Source: Candidatus Nomurabacteria bacterium
Lineage (GTDB): Bacteria; Patescibacteriota; Minisyncoccia; Phycocordibacterales; SBAW01
Length of the DNA: 64,000 nt
Assembly: GCA_943356495.1 (NCBI GenBank)
Contig: CALRFF010000001.1
Span: 24,957-88,956 of the forward strand
Reading direction: 5' to 3'
This document shows, one piece after another, positions 16,888-26,931 of the stretch (position 1 is its first letter; each line of letters begins with the position of its first letter). Made by a program: the position numbers and the translations under genes. Below the pieces are notes generated by a model. That model was not told where the DNA came from, did no database searches, and saw nothing but the letters and a program-made list of their open reading frames with translations.

Positions 16888-17043
16888 GCACAAAGCCGCC
16901 CAAAGTACCGGGACGGCTTTTTCTTTGCAGGTGGAGTAGGGGGCTATAATCAAACAGCGGCCCCCCTAGGTTCTCCTGTAGGGACAAGTCGCAAAAGATA
17001 TATTGTGCGACGTTAGTATATTCGAGTAAGGCACCAGTCACCC

Positions 17044-17721
17044 ATGGCTTTAACTAAGTACCAACAACAACTGCGCACCCTTCTCTCCCCCGCGGAGCGA
17101 CGGGTCTTTGCGGGGTTGAGCACGCCGCAGAAGATCCAAGACTATTTAGACCACTCCCCCGCAAATTTGCTTACAAAAGGGGAGCACACAATGAAATCGC
17201 CGCGTAGGGTACTGCAAACCGGCTCGGCCCATTGCCTTGAAGGGGCAATGTTGGCGGCCACTGCCCTTGCCTATCATGGCCGGCCGCCATTACTGCTTGA
17301 TTTAGAGTCGACCGACAACGACTACGACCATATTGTTGCTTTGTTTAAACAAAACGGGCGTTGGGGTGCGATAAGCAAGACAAACTATCCGGTCTTGCGG
17401 TGGCGCGACCCGGTGTACGCGAGCGTGCGCGAGCTCGCGTTGTCGTACTTTCACGAATATTTTCTCGACAACGGCAAAAAGACCCTGCGCAGGCACTCCG
17501 GCCCGTTTAATCTGCAAAAGTTCGATCCAAAGAGGTGGGTTATAGCCGAAGGTGATGTCGACTGGCTCGCCGAGGCGTTGGGCGATGCTAAACACTTTCC
17601 CATCGCATCACCTAAAACTATTAAAGCTCTGCGCCGCGCCTCAAAAGTAGAAGTCAAAGCAACCGCTGTCCGCGAGTGGAAAAAAGATATAAAGGGGAAG
17701 GTACGGAAGGCTACTGCTTAA
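17044..17721 (+). CDS. hypothetical protein, possibly transglutaminase/NAT-like Cys-His-Asp fold
   Basis: Clean 225-aa ORF. TGSAHCLEGAM resembles the catalytic-Cys motifs of transglutaminase-like superfamily enzymes. Weak assignment. Confidence 0.45.
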   Translation: MALTKYQQQLRTLLSPAERRVFAGLSTPQKIQDYLDHSPANLLTKGEHTMKSPRRVLQTGSAHCLEGAMLAATALAYHGRPPLLLDLESTDNDYDHIVALFKQNGRWGAISKTNYPVLRWRDPVYASVRELALSYFHEYFLDNGKKTLRRHSGPFNLQKFDPKRWVIAEGDVDWLAEALGDAKHFPIASPKTIKALRRASKVEVKATAVREWKKDIKGKVRKATA

Positions 17722-18484
17722 GCCCTATCCCCTTACGGAAGAGCCACATGGCTGTGCCGGTAAACAGTACAACAAGACCGATAAGCACGGTAAAGCACAG
17801 TGCGATGCTGATGTCGCTAATACCGAGGAAGCCGTAGCGAAAGGCATTGATCATGTACAGTATCGGGTTAAAAAGCGCTACCTGCTGCCAAAACGGGCTA
17901 AATTGCTGGATAGAGAAGAAGATACCTCCCAAGTAGGTCAAAGGGGTCAGCACGAAGGTCGGCACGATAGAGATGCCGTCAAAGCCTTTGGCAAACACGC
18001 CGTTAATCAGCCCGCCGAGGCTAAAGAGCACCGAGGTAAGCACCAAAGCGGAGACGAGTATAAACGCGTTAAAGATTACTAGGTGCGTAAAGAACAGCGA
18101 GACAATAAGCACCAATGCGCCTACCAAGAGCCCGCGGAGTACTCCCCCGCTCACAAAGCCCAGTATCACTACCCAGTTGGGCATCGGCGAGACTAAAATT
18201 TCGTCGAGGGTGCGCGTCCATTTGGCAAAGTAAAAGGTCGACACTGTGTTCATGTAGGAGCTTGTGATAACCGACATCATAATAAGTCCCGGCACGATAA
18301 ACTGTATGTAGCTAAAGCCGTCTATGGGTTGGAGTTGCGAGCCTATAAATTTACCGAAGACCACAAAGTACAGCGTGGTCGTAACCACCGGCGGCAAGAG
18401 CGTTTGCGACCAAATGCGTATAATGCGCACAAACTCGGCGCGCATCATAGTGTAGTAGCCTATCAGTTGTTTTTTGGGAGTCAT
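17711..18484 (-). CDS. ABC-2 type transporter permease
   Basis: Six-TM ABC-2 permease pattern, immediately downstream of the ABC ATPase gene. Confidence 0.85.
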   Translation of the reverse strand: MTPKKQLIGYYTMMRAEFVRIIRIWSQTLLPPVVTTTLYFVVFGKFIGSQLQPIDGFSYIQFIVPGLIMMSVITSSYMNTVSTFYFAKWTRTLDEILVSPMPNWVVILGFVSGGVLRGLLVGALVLIVSLFFTHLVIFNAFILVSALVLTSVLFSLGGLINGVFAKGFDGISIVPTFVLTPLTYLGGIFFSIQQFSPFWQQVALFNPILYMINAFRYGFLGISDISIALCFTVLIGLVVLFTGTAMWLFRKGIGLKQ

Positions 18485-18488
18485 ATGG

Positions 18489-19241
18489 TTATTCCGCCTC
18501 GCCTACACCGATTACTTCGAGGTAAATGTCCTCGAGTTTTTTGTTGTCGTGCCGCTCCAAAAAGCCCTGCATGGGCTCGTTAACCAAAATTTGCCCCTTG
18601 TTGATGATAGCCACATTGCGGGCCAACTGCTCGGCCTCTTCAAGGTAGTGGGTGGTCAAAATAATTGTAGTCCCCTCTTCGTTCATTTTGCGGAGGAAGG
18701 TCCACATACTGCGGCGCAACTCGACGTCTACGCCCGCGGTCGGCTCGTCGAGTATCAGGAGTTTAGGGTGGTGTATAAGCGCGCGGGCTATCATCAACCG
18801 GCGCTTCATGCCGCCGCTAAGCTGTTGGCTGGGGGTATGCCGCTTTTCCCATAATCCGAGGTCTTTGAGTATCGGTTCGGCGTCCTTTAAAGCTTGCCCG
18901 CGCGGTATGCCGTAGTATCCGGCTTGATTGACGATAATATTCTCTACTTTTTCGAAAATATTAAAGTTAAACTCCTGCGGCACCAGCCCTATGTGCGTTT
19001 TGGTAAGCGAGGGGTCGGTGTCTATCGAGGTACCAAACACCTCTACCGTGCCGCTTGTCTTGGTTATCAGGCTGGTAAGGACGCTAATAATGGTGGTCTT
19101 CCCCGCCCCGTTGGGCCCCAACAACGCAAAAAAGTCGCCCTCGGCGACGGTAAGGTTTACCCCCTTCAGTGCCTCGACAGTTGGCCCTTTGCCGCCTGTA
19201 TAGGTCTTGCGGAGGTCGGTAACGGAAACTGCAGAAGCCAT
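18489..19241 (-). CDS. ABC transporter ATP-binding protein
   Basis: Walker A GPNGAGKTT, ABC signature LSGGMKRRL, Walker B LILDEPTAGVD. Confidence 0.9.
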   Translation of the reverse strand: MASAVSVTDLRKTYTGGKGPTVEALKGVNLTVAEGDFFALLGPNGAGKTTIISVLTSLITKTSGTVEVFGTSIDTDPSLTKTHIGLVPQEFNFNIFEKVENIIVNQAGYYGIPRGQALKDAEPILKDLGLWEKRHTPSQQLSGGMKRRLMIARALIHHPKLLILDEPTAGVDVELRRSMWTFLRKMNEEGTTIILTTHYLEEAEQLARNVAIINKGQILVNEPMQGFLERHDNKKLEDIYLEVIGVGEAE

Positions 19242-19281
19242 AATAGCTTCTGCAGTATATCACAACAGGTTTTTCCGTAGA

Positions 19282-19515
19282 TTACATCGCCGAGCAGGCT
19301 TTGCAGTCTTTTTTGTGGCCGACAAGCGTCCAGACAGCCGCAAGGCCGACAAGAACGTAAATGACCGACTCTACCTGCGAACCGCCGATATAACCGGCAA
19401 GCCAGGTAACGACGTTCCAGTTGGCGCCGGAGATCAATGCGCCAAGGCCCACGAGGCCCCAGTTGATGCCGCCGATCCAGACCAGAGCGTAGGCAATGAT
19501 GTGTAGTGTTTTCAT
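19282..19515 (-). CDS. DUF378 family membrane protein
   Basis: 77 aa with two TM helices and the characteristic GGINWGLVG motif. Confidence 0.7.
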   Translation of the reverse strand: MKTLHIIAYALVWIGGINWGLVGLGALISGANWNVVTWLAGYIGGSQVESVIYVLVGLAAVWTLVGHKKDCKACSAM

Positions 19516-19612
19516 AGCTGTAAGAAATTGAGTGTTGGAGTACGCGGTTCGACCGCTCCGCCTCTATAGTATGAAGCCTTTATAAGCCCCCGCCAGAGCG
19601 TCGTGGGGATAT

Positions 19613-20875
19613 CTATTTAGGCAAATATTGGAGCGGGTTAAGGTACGCGTTGACCGGCACAATGGGGATCATGGTCGAGCTGCCGCTGGCGCAGGAGTAC
19701 TGCTTAAACGATATAGCGGCCGCCGCGTATACGGTCATATGCAAATGCGGGCCGGTGGCGTAACCGGTGTTGCCGGAAAGGCCTATAACTTGGCCTGTAG
19801 ATACGGTCGTACCCTTGGTGACGTTGATAGTCGAAAGGTGGGCATACAAGGTGGCAAGACCGTTGGCATGCTTGATAAGCACCCATTTGCCGTATTGGCA
19901 GTTTTTGACCGCGCCTTGGTTAACCTCGAGTACCGTGCCGGCGAGCGATGCACGCACCGGCGTGCCTATAGATGCCCGAAAGTCGATGCCGTTGTGCGTG
20001 CCCGAGGTATACAGGCGGCCCGACACCGAGGTTTTGCCGAACTGTTGCGTAAGCACCACGTTGTCGAGCGGCCAACGCAGCACCCCTCCCCCGGCCGTCG
20101 GTATGCCGGATATATCGGCCGTGCCCAACTGCGATGCAAGGGTAAAGAGTATGTCTTCGAAGCGCCGCTGCTCGGCCTGCTTTTGCGCGATAAGCGCTTG
20201 GTAGGCGCTTTCTTTGTTTTGCGTTTCGGACAAAAGGTCGGCCTGCGACTGGCGGTTGATAGCAAGCGACTGCTTTTGCTGGTTAAGCTGTTTTTGTAGT
20301 GTTGCCAGTTGGGTGCGTGCCTGCGTGGCGGTATTTTTATTTGTTTGCAGGGTGGACTTTAATCGCGATAGGTCCTGTATCCGGTTGCCCAACTCGTCAC
20401 GGAGCGACCCAAGTGCTATAGCCTCATCAAAAAAGTCGGACAAGGTTCTCCCCGCAAGCAGTGACGCCGCCACCGAGGCTTCGTCGTGCTCGGAGAGGTT
20501 GCGCAACGATGCGGCAACCTCGCTACGGGTGGTGTCTATGGTGTTAGAGGTGGTGGCAATACCGCCGCTTAAACGCAGTATTTCTTTGTCTTTTTGCGTA
20601 ATCTGCGCGGTGGTGAGCGTAATACTTTTAGTGAGCTTTTGGATGTTGAGGTCTATCGTCTTGACCGTCGACTGCAGGGTCTGCTTTTGCGAAGAGACGT
20701 TGTTAAGTTGTATCTGCAGCTGGTCTATCTCGTTTTTGAGCGCATTAATTTGCTGGGCGGTGGCATCGGCCTGCGCCTGCAACTCTTGGGTAGCAGAGTC
20801 GGTATCGGTCGTGGTAGCGGTCTGCGCGTGTGCAACAGGAGTAAGCAGCAGGAGTATCGCTAAGAGGAAGCCCAT
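19613..20875 (-). CDS. M23 family peptidase with N-terminal coiled-coil (EnvC-like murein hydrolase/activator)
   Basis: Signal peptide, long Q/L-rich coiled-coil, and a C-terminal LytM/M23 domain (HNGIDF...HLHMTVY). Start taken at MGFLLAILLLL. Confidence 0.8.
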   Translation of the reverse strand: MGFLLAILLLLTPVAHAQTATTTDTDSATQELQAQADATAQQINALKNEIDQLQIQLNNVSSQKQTLQSTVKTIDLNIQKLTKSITLTTAQITQKDKEILRLSGGIATTSNTIDTTRSEVAASLRNLSEHDEASVAASLLAGRTLSDFFDEAIALGSLRDELGNRIQDLSRLKSTLQTNKNTATQARTQLATLQKQLNQQKQSLAINRQSQADLLSETQNKESAYQALIAQKQAEQRRFEDILFTLASQLGTADISGIPTAGGGVLRWPLDNVVLTQQFGKTSVSGRLYTSGTHNGIDFRASIGTPVRASLAGTVLEVNQGAVKNCQYGKWVLIKHANGLATLYAHLSTINVTKGTTVSTGQVIGLSGNTGYATGPHLHMTVYAAAAISFKQYSCASGSSTMIPIVPVNAYLNPLQYLPK

Positions 20876-20885
20876 TTGTTTTATT

Positions 20886-22181
20886 TTAAAGGCTTTGGGC
20901 CGCGCGGGCAATGCGCGCCAGCGCCTCGTCTTTGCCGACAAGGGTAAGGATAGTGAAGGGGTCTGGCGAGCGCTCGCGCCCTGAAAGCGCGGTGCGCAAG
21001 GGCCACAAGACGTCTCCCCTGCCTTCGGCGGTCGCGTAGGGCCATATAAGGTCTTTGTAGCCTTGGGAGGTGAGTCCTTCATTGGGTGTATCGTGCAAAA
21101 GCTCCGCAAGTGCGTTCAGGTGCTTTGACGCTACCGCGGGGGCTATCTTTCCTTTGTTGGTGAGGAGCGCAGGTTCGCAAGAGACACCCTGTAAAAAACC
21201 GAACTCCGTGTCCAGCATGTCGGCGGCTTCCTGCAGTGTTGCCGCGCGCTCTTTAAGCAGCGGCACTATGCGCGGGTCGATATCTTTTTTAGCAAAATCG
21301 CGCACGCGCGAGGCGTACGCATCATCGGTCATGCGCTTTAGATGCTCATGGTTAAACCAACGCAGCTTCTCTTCGTCAAAAATACCGGCGCCTTTTTGTA
21401 TGCGCTCCAGCGTAAACTCCCCTACCAGCTCGTCCATAGTAAAGAGTTCTTTGTTGCCCTCCGGGTGCCAGCCAAGCAAGGCCAAATAGTTAATCATCGC
21501 TTCGGCCACGTAGCCTTCGTTGCGGTACTGCGTAAGCGCTTTGGCGCCGCGGCGTTTAGACAGTTTGGCGCGGTCGGGGCCAAGTACCAACGGCAAGTGC
21601 GCGTAGATAGGCGTCTCGTAGCCGAGCGCCTGTTGTATCAGTATTTGCCGCGGCGTGTTGGAAATATGGTCTTCGCCGCGTATGACATGGGTTACTCCTT
21701 CGTCATAGTCGTCGACCACTACCGCAAAATGGAAGACCGGCTCGTCGAGCGAGCGGGCGATAACAAAGTCGCCCAAGTCGCTGGTGTTAAAGGTTATTTC
21801 CCCGCGTATCGCATCGGTAAAGGTAATAGTAGTCTTCGGGTTCTTAAACCGAATCACTTCTTTTCTTTCACCCTCGGTTTCTTGCGATACAAATGCTGCG
21901 CCGCTTTTGATAAGTTGCTCGAGCTGCTCGCGGTGGCGCACGGCGTTGCCGCTCTGGCGGTAGTTCCGCTCGGGCAGGAGCGCCAGCCACGACAAAGTTT
22001 CGTGGATATTGTCCTCGTACTCGGGTTTGGAGCGCTCTTTGTCGGTGTCCTCGATGCGTACGATAAACTCTCCCTGCATTTTGCGGGCAAACAGGTAGGC
22101 AAACACCGCGGTGCGGTAGTTGCCGCCGTGGAGGAGGCCGGTGGGGCTTGGGGCAAATCGGGTAACTACTTTTTGTGGCAT
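20886..22181 (-). CDS. gltX: glutamate--tRNA ligase
   Basis: Class I aaRS with APSPTGLLHGGN (HIGH region) and KLSKRRG (KMSKS). Confidence 0.9.
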   Translation of the reverse strand: MPQKVVTRFAPSPTGLLHGGNYRTAVFAYLFARKMQGEFIVRIEDTDKERSKPEYEDNIHETLSWLALLPERNYRQSGNAVRHREQLEQLIKSGAAFVSQETEGERKEVIRFKNPKTTITFTDAIRGEITFNTSDLGDFVIARSLDEPVFHFAVVVDDYDEGVTHVIRGEDHISNTPRQILIQQALGYETPIYAHLPLVLGPDRAKLSKRRGAKALTQYRNEGYVAEAMINYLALLGWHPEGNKELFTMDELVGEFTLERIQKGAGIFDEEKLRWFNHEHLKRMTDDAYASRVRDFAKKDIDPRIVPLLKERAATLQEAADMLDTEFGFLQGVSCEPALLTNKGKIAPAVASKHLNALAELLHDTPNEGLTSQGYKDLIWPYATAEGRGDVLWPLRTALSGRERSPDPFTILTLVGKDEALARIARAAQSL

Positions 22182-22199
22182 GCAGGCAGTGTACGAAAA

Positions 22200-23327
22200 T
22201 TATGACTCGTGGGAAAGGGCGACGGCCAACAATGCCTCGGCTATCGTTTTGGCGGCATCCGCACGGGCAAAGGCGCGCGCCGCGTTGCCCATCGAGTGGC
22301 GGATTTGCTGGTTGCCAAGTATCCGGTTAACTTCCGACAGCAAGAGGCCGGGGGTCAGGTTTTGCTGTTCGATAACCGAGCAGGCGCCGGCGCGCGCGTA
22401 GGAAAAAGCGTTTTTACTTTGATGATCCTCGGCGGCGGTGGGTAGCGGCACAATAATACTCGGCAGGCCCCACGAAGCGATTTCAAAAATAGTCGAGCCT
22501 CCGCGCGAGATAATTAACTGCGCCGCGCCGGAAGCCATGCGCATTTCAAGGTCGTTAAGGTAGCCCATCGGTTTGTATCTGTCCGCGTGCAGGTTGTTGC
22601 CCATCGCTACCTTTGCGCGGCCGGTAACATCGTCTAGGTTGTCGGCACCGGTCTGGTGGATAATCTGATATTTTTCTACCAGTTGTGGCAAGGCAGAAAG
22701 GAGCCCGTCGTTTAAAGCTTGCGCGCCTTGTGAGCCGCCGGTGACAAAAATGACCGGGAGGTCCGGAGCAAATTTAAAAAACTCCAGCGCTCCGTCGCGC
22801 GCCGGCACCAGCGCCGCTTTGCGCACGGGGTTGCCGGTAAACGCCACTTTGTCGGCAGGAAAAAACTTTGCCGCCTCGGGGTACGAGATAGCCACCTTTT
22901 GCGCAAACTTCCCCGCCCAGCGGTTGACCTTGCCCGGCTCGGCATCGCTTTCGTGTATCACTACGGGTATGCGAAACAGTTTTGCCGCCAACAAGGTAGG
23001 AAAGGACGCATAACCCCCTTTGCCGAACACGACGTCCGGGTACAAAAAGAAGACGCGCAGCACCGACCGCGTTACGCCCCACGCGGTCTTAAAGTAGTCG
23101 AAGAAGTTGAGTATAGAAAAGTAGCGGCGCATCTTGCCCGCCGCGGTCGGCACAAAACGCACGTTGTTGGCAAACAACATTTCTTTGTCGTAGGGCTCGG
23201 GCGCGGCATAGATAAGCTCGGGCTCGACCAGCTTGCGCTCGCGGACAAGGTCGTTAACGGCCTCGGCCACCGCGATAATCGGGTAAAAGTGCCCGCCTGT
23301 CCCCCCGCCGGTAAAAAGAATTTTCAT
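22200..23327 (-). CDS. murG: UDP-GlcNAc:lipid I N-acetylglucosaminyltransferase MurG
   Basis: MKILFTGGGTGGHFYPIIAV is canonical MurG; GT28 family. Confidence 0.9.
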   Translation of the reverse strand: MKILFTGGGTGGHFYPIIAVAEAVNDLVRERKLVEPELIYAAPEPYDKEMLFANNVRFVPTAAGKMRRYFSILNFFDYFKTAWGVTRSVLRVFFLYPDVVFGKGGYASFPTLLAAKLFRIPVVIHESDAEPGKVNRWAGKFAQKVAISYPEAAKFFPADKVAFTGNPVRKAALVPARDGALEFFKFAPDLPVIFVTGGSQGAQALNDGLLSALPQLVEKYQIIHQTGADNLDDVTGRAKVAMGNNLHADRYKPMGYLNDLEMRMASGAAQLIISRGGSTIFEIASWGLPSIIVPLPTAAEDHQSKNAFSYARAGACSVIEQQNLTPGLLLSEVNRILGNQQIRHSMGNAARAFARADAAKTIAEALLAVALSHES

Positions 23328-23337
23328 ACAACAGTAC

Positions 23338-24435
23338 TTACGACTTCATTCTGCGCGATACGCTTAATAGTACCCCGACTTCCGCCAACGAGAGCGCCAG
23401 CGCGGTGCCGCCGTGCGATACAAAAATAAGCGGCACGCCGATAAGCGGCACCAACCCCAGCGCCGAAGCGATGTTAAAAAACGATTGCCCCACAATGATA
23501 GTCACGAGCCCCACTACGATAAGTCCGCCGAACGGGTCGCTTGCCCGCGCGGCGATGCGCAGGCCTAAGACGCAAAAAATAAGAAACAACGATACCAACA
23601 GCACCGACCCGACGAAGCCGAATTCTTCCCCCGCCACCGCAAAGATAGAGTCGCCTATAGGCTCGGGCAGGTAGGAAAACTTTTCGATACTTTGGCCAAA
23701 GCCGCGGCCGGTGAGTCCGCCGGAGCCGATGGCAATAAGCGACTGCTGTATCTGGTAACCGCTCCCTTGCGGGTCGGCCGAGTGGTCGAGATAGGTTACT
23801 AACCGCTCGCGCACGTGCGGGTAGGCATAGGCCGCAGCCCCGATAGCGCCCGCGGCAAGCAGTGCCAAGATAATTAAATGAGACAACCGCCCGCCCGCGG
23901 CAAACAGCATAACCGCAAGCGCTCCGCAGAGTATCAGTGCGCCCGCGGTGTTGGGCTGGGCCAGCAATATAGCCGCACCGCTGCCGCCGACCAGCAGCAT
24001 GGGTACTATGCCGCCCCGTATGGTCGGCACTTCTTTAAATTTAGTAGCGTATATCGCGGCCAAAAAAAGGACGCTCGCGAGTTTTAAAATTTCTTCGGGC
24101 TGAAAAGATACGGGGCCCAGCAATATCCACCGCGACGCGCCCTTAAGCGACAAACCTATGCCGGGGACAAAGGTAAGCAGCGTAAGCCCGAGCGCAAAAA
24201 AGAAAAAATAGGGCGTGTAAGGGCGCAGTAAACGGTAGTCTATACGCGAGAGTATCGCCATGGCGATACTACCGAGCACCAACCCCAGCAATAGCTGGGA
24301 CACTGCGACGTTGGTAAAGGTGGCTCCGTCGCGCGCCAAGAGTCCCAGTGCAGCCGAAGTAAAAATAAGTAGGCCGACAAACACCAGCGCCGATACCGCT
24401 ATTAAAAACGGTCCGTCTACCGAACCGCGCTTCAT
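23338..24435 (-). CDS. ftsW: FtsW/RodA (SEDS) family lipid II flippase/peptidoglycan glycosyltransferase
   Basis: Ten-TM SEDS pattern. Lies between mraY and murG. Start MKRGS overlaps the mraY stop (ATGA). Confidence 0.85.
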   Translation of the reverse strand: MKRGSVDGPFLIAVSALVFVGLLIFTSAALGLLARDGATFTNVAVSQLLLGLVLGSIAMAILSRIDYRLLRPYTPYFFFFALGLTLLTFVPGIGLSLKGASRWILLGPVSFQPEEILKLASVLFLAAIYATKFKEVPTIRGGIVPMLLVGGSGAAILLAQPNTAGALILCGALAVMLFAAGGRLSHLIILALLAAGAIGAAAYAYPHVRERLVTYLDHSADPQGSGYQIQQSLIAIGSGGLTGRGFGQSIEKFSYLPEPIGDSIFAVAGEEFGFVGSVLLVSLFLIFCVLGLRIAARASDPFGGLIVVGLVTIIVGQSFFNIASALGLVPLIGVPLIFVSHGGTALALSLAEVGVLLSVSRRMKS

Positions 24436-25484
24436 AAAAGCGCGACCGTCATGCCGATAATCGCCGATACGATGCCTACTATCCAGTAACGCATGACTAC
24501 TTTGTACGGAGGCCAACCTAACGCTTCGAAGTGATGGTGGAGCGGCGCGATGCGCAACAATTTACGCCCCAATATTTTTTTGCCGAAGATCTGCAGTATG
24601 TTAGAAAACACGGTGGCGACAAGCGGGAGCGCAATAATGGGTAATACGGTAATGCCCTTGCCGCTGCCGAGCGCATCGGTAAGAAAGGCCACTACGGTTA
24701 ACAGCAAGGTAAGCCCCATGGTCCCTGTCTCGGAGAGATAAAAGCGCGCGGGCGGCACGTTAAACCACAAAAAGGCCAATAGTCCCCCCGCCACTGCCGC
24801 GCACAGCGCAGCAATATCAAGCTGTTGCTGAAAGAAGGCTATCCCCGCATAGGCGGTAAACATGGTGGCAAAGAGTCCTCCCGCAAGGCCGTCGATGCCG
24901 TCGATGACTCCGCCGGCATATATAAAGAGTGCTACCAGTACAAAAAACGGTATAAACCACCACCCTAGCTCGATAGGACCCGGCGAAAACGGGAAGGAAA
25001 TAGACGATACCTCAAGCTTGTCAAAAAACCACCACGCACACAGCAGTGCCACCGTTGCTACAAGGCCTAATCGCGCGCGCAGACGCAGACCTTGCCGCCC
25101 CTGCACTTCGTACAGGTCGTCGAGTAACCCGACAAGGGCGCCTACCAACAGTGCGGCAAGCGGGACCCAGGTTTGGTTGCGGCTGATAAATGCCGTTGCT
25201 TCGAAGGACTCGGGGAATGCTATCCATAGCACCTGTAACAACAGTGCGGTCAGCCCGACGCTCCCCCACACCACGACGCCGCCGAAGCGCGGGGTGCCCG
25301 TCTCGCGCGTCTCGTGCAGGCGGTTAAACTCGCTGGCAGGCGTGCCGTCGAGCGCGAGTTTGCCGGCCTTCGGCTTCCATAGTTTGCGGGCGTACAAAAA
25401 GTGCGTCACAAACGGAGTCATACCCACCCCGATTAAAAAGGCGATTGTAGCGGGCAAAAATATTTCCATTACAGTTGCGGTCAT
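24432..25484 (-). CDS. mraY: phospho-N-acetylmuramoyl-pentapeptide transferase MraY
   Basis: Multi-TM protein with MraY conserved DD/ DxxD and HHH motifs (APLHHHFE). Confidence 0.9.
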   Translation of the reverse strand: MTATVMEIFLPATIAFLIGVGMTPFVTHFLYARKLWKPKAGKLALDGTPASEFNRLHETRETGTPRFGGVVVWGSVGLTALLLQVLWIAFPESFEATAFISRNQTWVPLAALLVGALVGLLDDLYEVQGRQGLRLRARLGLVATVALLCAWWFFDKLEVSSISFPFSPGPIELGWWFIPFFVLVALFIYAGGVIDGIDGLAGGLFATMFTAYAGIAFFQQQLDIAALCAAVAGGLLAFLWFNVPPARFYLSETGTMGLTLLLTVVAFLTDALGSGKGITVLPIIALPLVATVFSNILQIFGKKILGRKLLRIAPLHHHFEALGWPPYKVVMRYWIVGIVSAIIGMTVALL

Positions 25485-26371
25485 TGGGTTTGTTGTTGGG
25501 CAGTACGTGCGGACTCGATAATCGTGCGGACGTCCTCGAAGCGGCCCGCTTCGGTAGACTGTAACACCACTATTACCACCGGCCGGCCGATGTCTAAGTC
25601 GAATATAGCCGACAAGTTGCCGCCCGCCAAATCAGTGTAGCCGGTTTTCCCGCCTACAAAGCCGGGGATATCGAGGAGCGGCACCGTTGTTGCTTTAGCC
25701 GAAAGGGTGCGCTCCCCTGCGGTAATAGACACGGTCGGGTGGGTGCTGAGCTCAAAAAAAGTCGGATAGGATTTGTAAAAGGCGGCGGTCATACGCGCGA
25801 CATCAAAAGCCGAGCCGTACGCACCGGCGGTATCGTCGTTTACATCAAGACCGGTCGAGTTTAAAAAGTACGTTTTAATAAGCCCTAAGGACACGGCGGT
25901 GCGGTTCATTGCCGTTAGGTACTCGCCGCCCAGACTTGCCGCGGCGGCGGCCATCGCGTCGTTACTCGATGCCACTAATCCGAACTTCAACAGGTCTGCG
26001 AGCAACACACTGTCCCCCGCACGCAAGCCCCAGTCACCTTCGGGGGCAAGATCGCGCGCGGTAATGCGCACTACGGTGCCCGGCGGGCGCGCGGCCAATA
26101 CCGCCTGCGCCGACATTAGTTTAGTAAGCGACGCCAGCGGCAGTTGCGCCTGGCCGTTTTTTTGGTACAGCACCTCGCCGCTGGTTACGTCGTACAACAA
26201 GGCAGACTTAGCACGCAGTGTTGCCGGGTCGATAACAACTTCGATAGTCCGCGACTCTACCGCCGCGGCGCTTTGCGAATGTGCGGGCAGGTTAACCAGA
26301 GTCGCGCCTACACCAAAGGCAACCGCAATAAGTAACACCGAAAAGAGACCGGTAATAAAAGGGGGTATCAT
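25481..26371 (-). CDS. D-alanyl-D-alanine carboxypeptidase (S11, DacA-like)
   Basis: SxxK (ASLTKLM), SxN (SSN) and KTG (GKTGYT) motifs with an N-terminal anchor. Confidence 0.8.
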   Translation of the reverse strand: MIPPFITGLFSVLLIAVAFGVGATLVNLPAHSQSAAAVESRTIEVVIDPATLRAKSALLYDVTSGEVLYQKNGQAQLPLASLTKLMSAQAVLAARPPGTVVRITARDLAPEGDWGLRAGDSVLLADLLKFGLVASSNDAMAAAAASLGGEYLTAMNRTAVSLGLIKTYFLNSTGLDVNDDTAGAYGSAFDVARMTAAFYKSYPTFFELSTHPTVSITAGERTLSAKATTVPLLDIPGFVGGKTGYTDLAGGNLSAIFDLDIGRPVVIVVLQSTEAGRFEDVRTIIESARTAQQQTQ

Positions 26372-26931
26372 GCCGGTTCTTGAGCGTCCGGCCTGCTTTG
26401 TGCTTGCCGGTACGACTCTTCGAGCTCGGCTAATTTAGCGCGCACCACGGTGTACTCGGGCAGTTGCTGCGTTTGCGACACGCCCAACTGGCTTAAGAGT
26501 TCGGTGGTCGGCTCGTACAAAAAGGACCGTTCGTCTTTGGGGTTCGGTACGCGGCGTACCAGCCCGCGCATAGTAAGCGTGCGCAGGGTTTGGCTGGAGT
26601 TAACGCCGCGTATAAAGTCTATGTCGGCGCGCGACAGAGGGCCGCGGTAGAGTATGGCGCTTAACGCCTCGAGCCCTGCCTTGCCGATGTCGCGGGCGTA
26701 CTCTTCTTTGCGGATACGTTCTATAACTTCGCCGGCCGCTGCGGCCACGCGCAGCTCGACCTCGCGACCGTCGTTGACTACCACTACCCCGCCCTCGCGC
26801 GCGCCAAGCTCTTCGAGCGCGGTTTGCAGCTGCGCGTCATTTAGTTGTAGCTGCTTCTTTAGCTCCTCATGAGAAAGCGGTCTACCCAAGGCAAAAAGCA
26901 GCGCTTCAATGTGTTTTGCGGCATTACTCAT
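26368..26931 (-). CDS. scpB: segregation and condensation protein B
   Basis: Tandem winged-helix ScpB pattern (IEALLFALGRPLSHEEL...). Confidence 0.85.
   Translation of the reverse strand: MSNAAKHIEALLFALGRPLSHEELKKQLQLNDAQLQTALEELGAREGGVVVVNDGREVELRVAAAAGEVIERIRKEEYARDIGKAGLEALSAILYRGPLSRADIDFIRGVNSSQTLRTLTMRGLVRRVPNPKDERSFLYEPTTELLSQLGVSQTQQLPEYTVVRAKLAELEESYRQAQSRPDAQEPA

Noticed and set aside
19628-20984. Two + strand ORFs (19628-20299 and 20214-20984) antisense to the M23 peptidase gene
   Set aside because: The minus-strand frame has clear signal peptide, coiled-coil and LytM motifs. The antisense frames are Arg/Cys/Ser-rich with no motifs.
21342-22205. 287-aa + strand ORF
   Set aside because: Antisense to gltX, whose frame carries HIGH/KMSKS motifs. 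Spurious.
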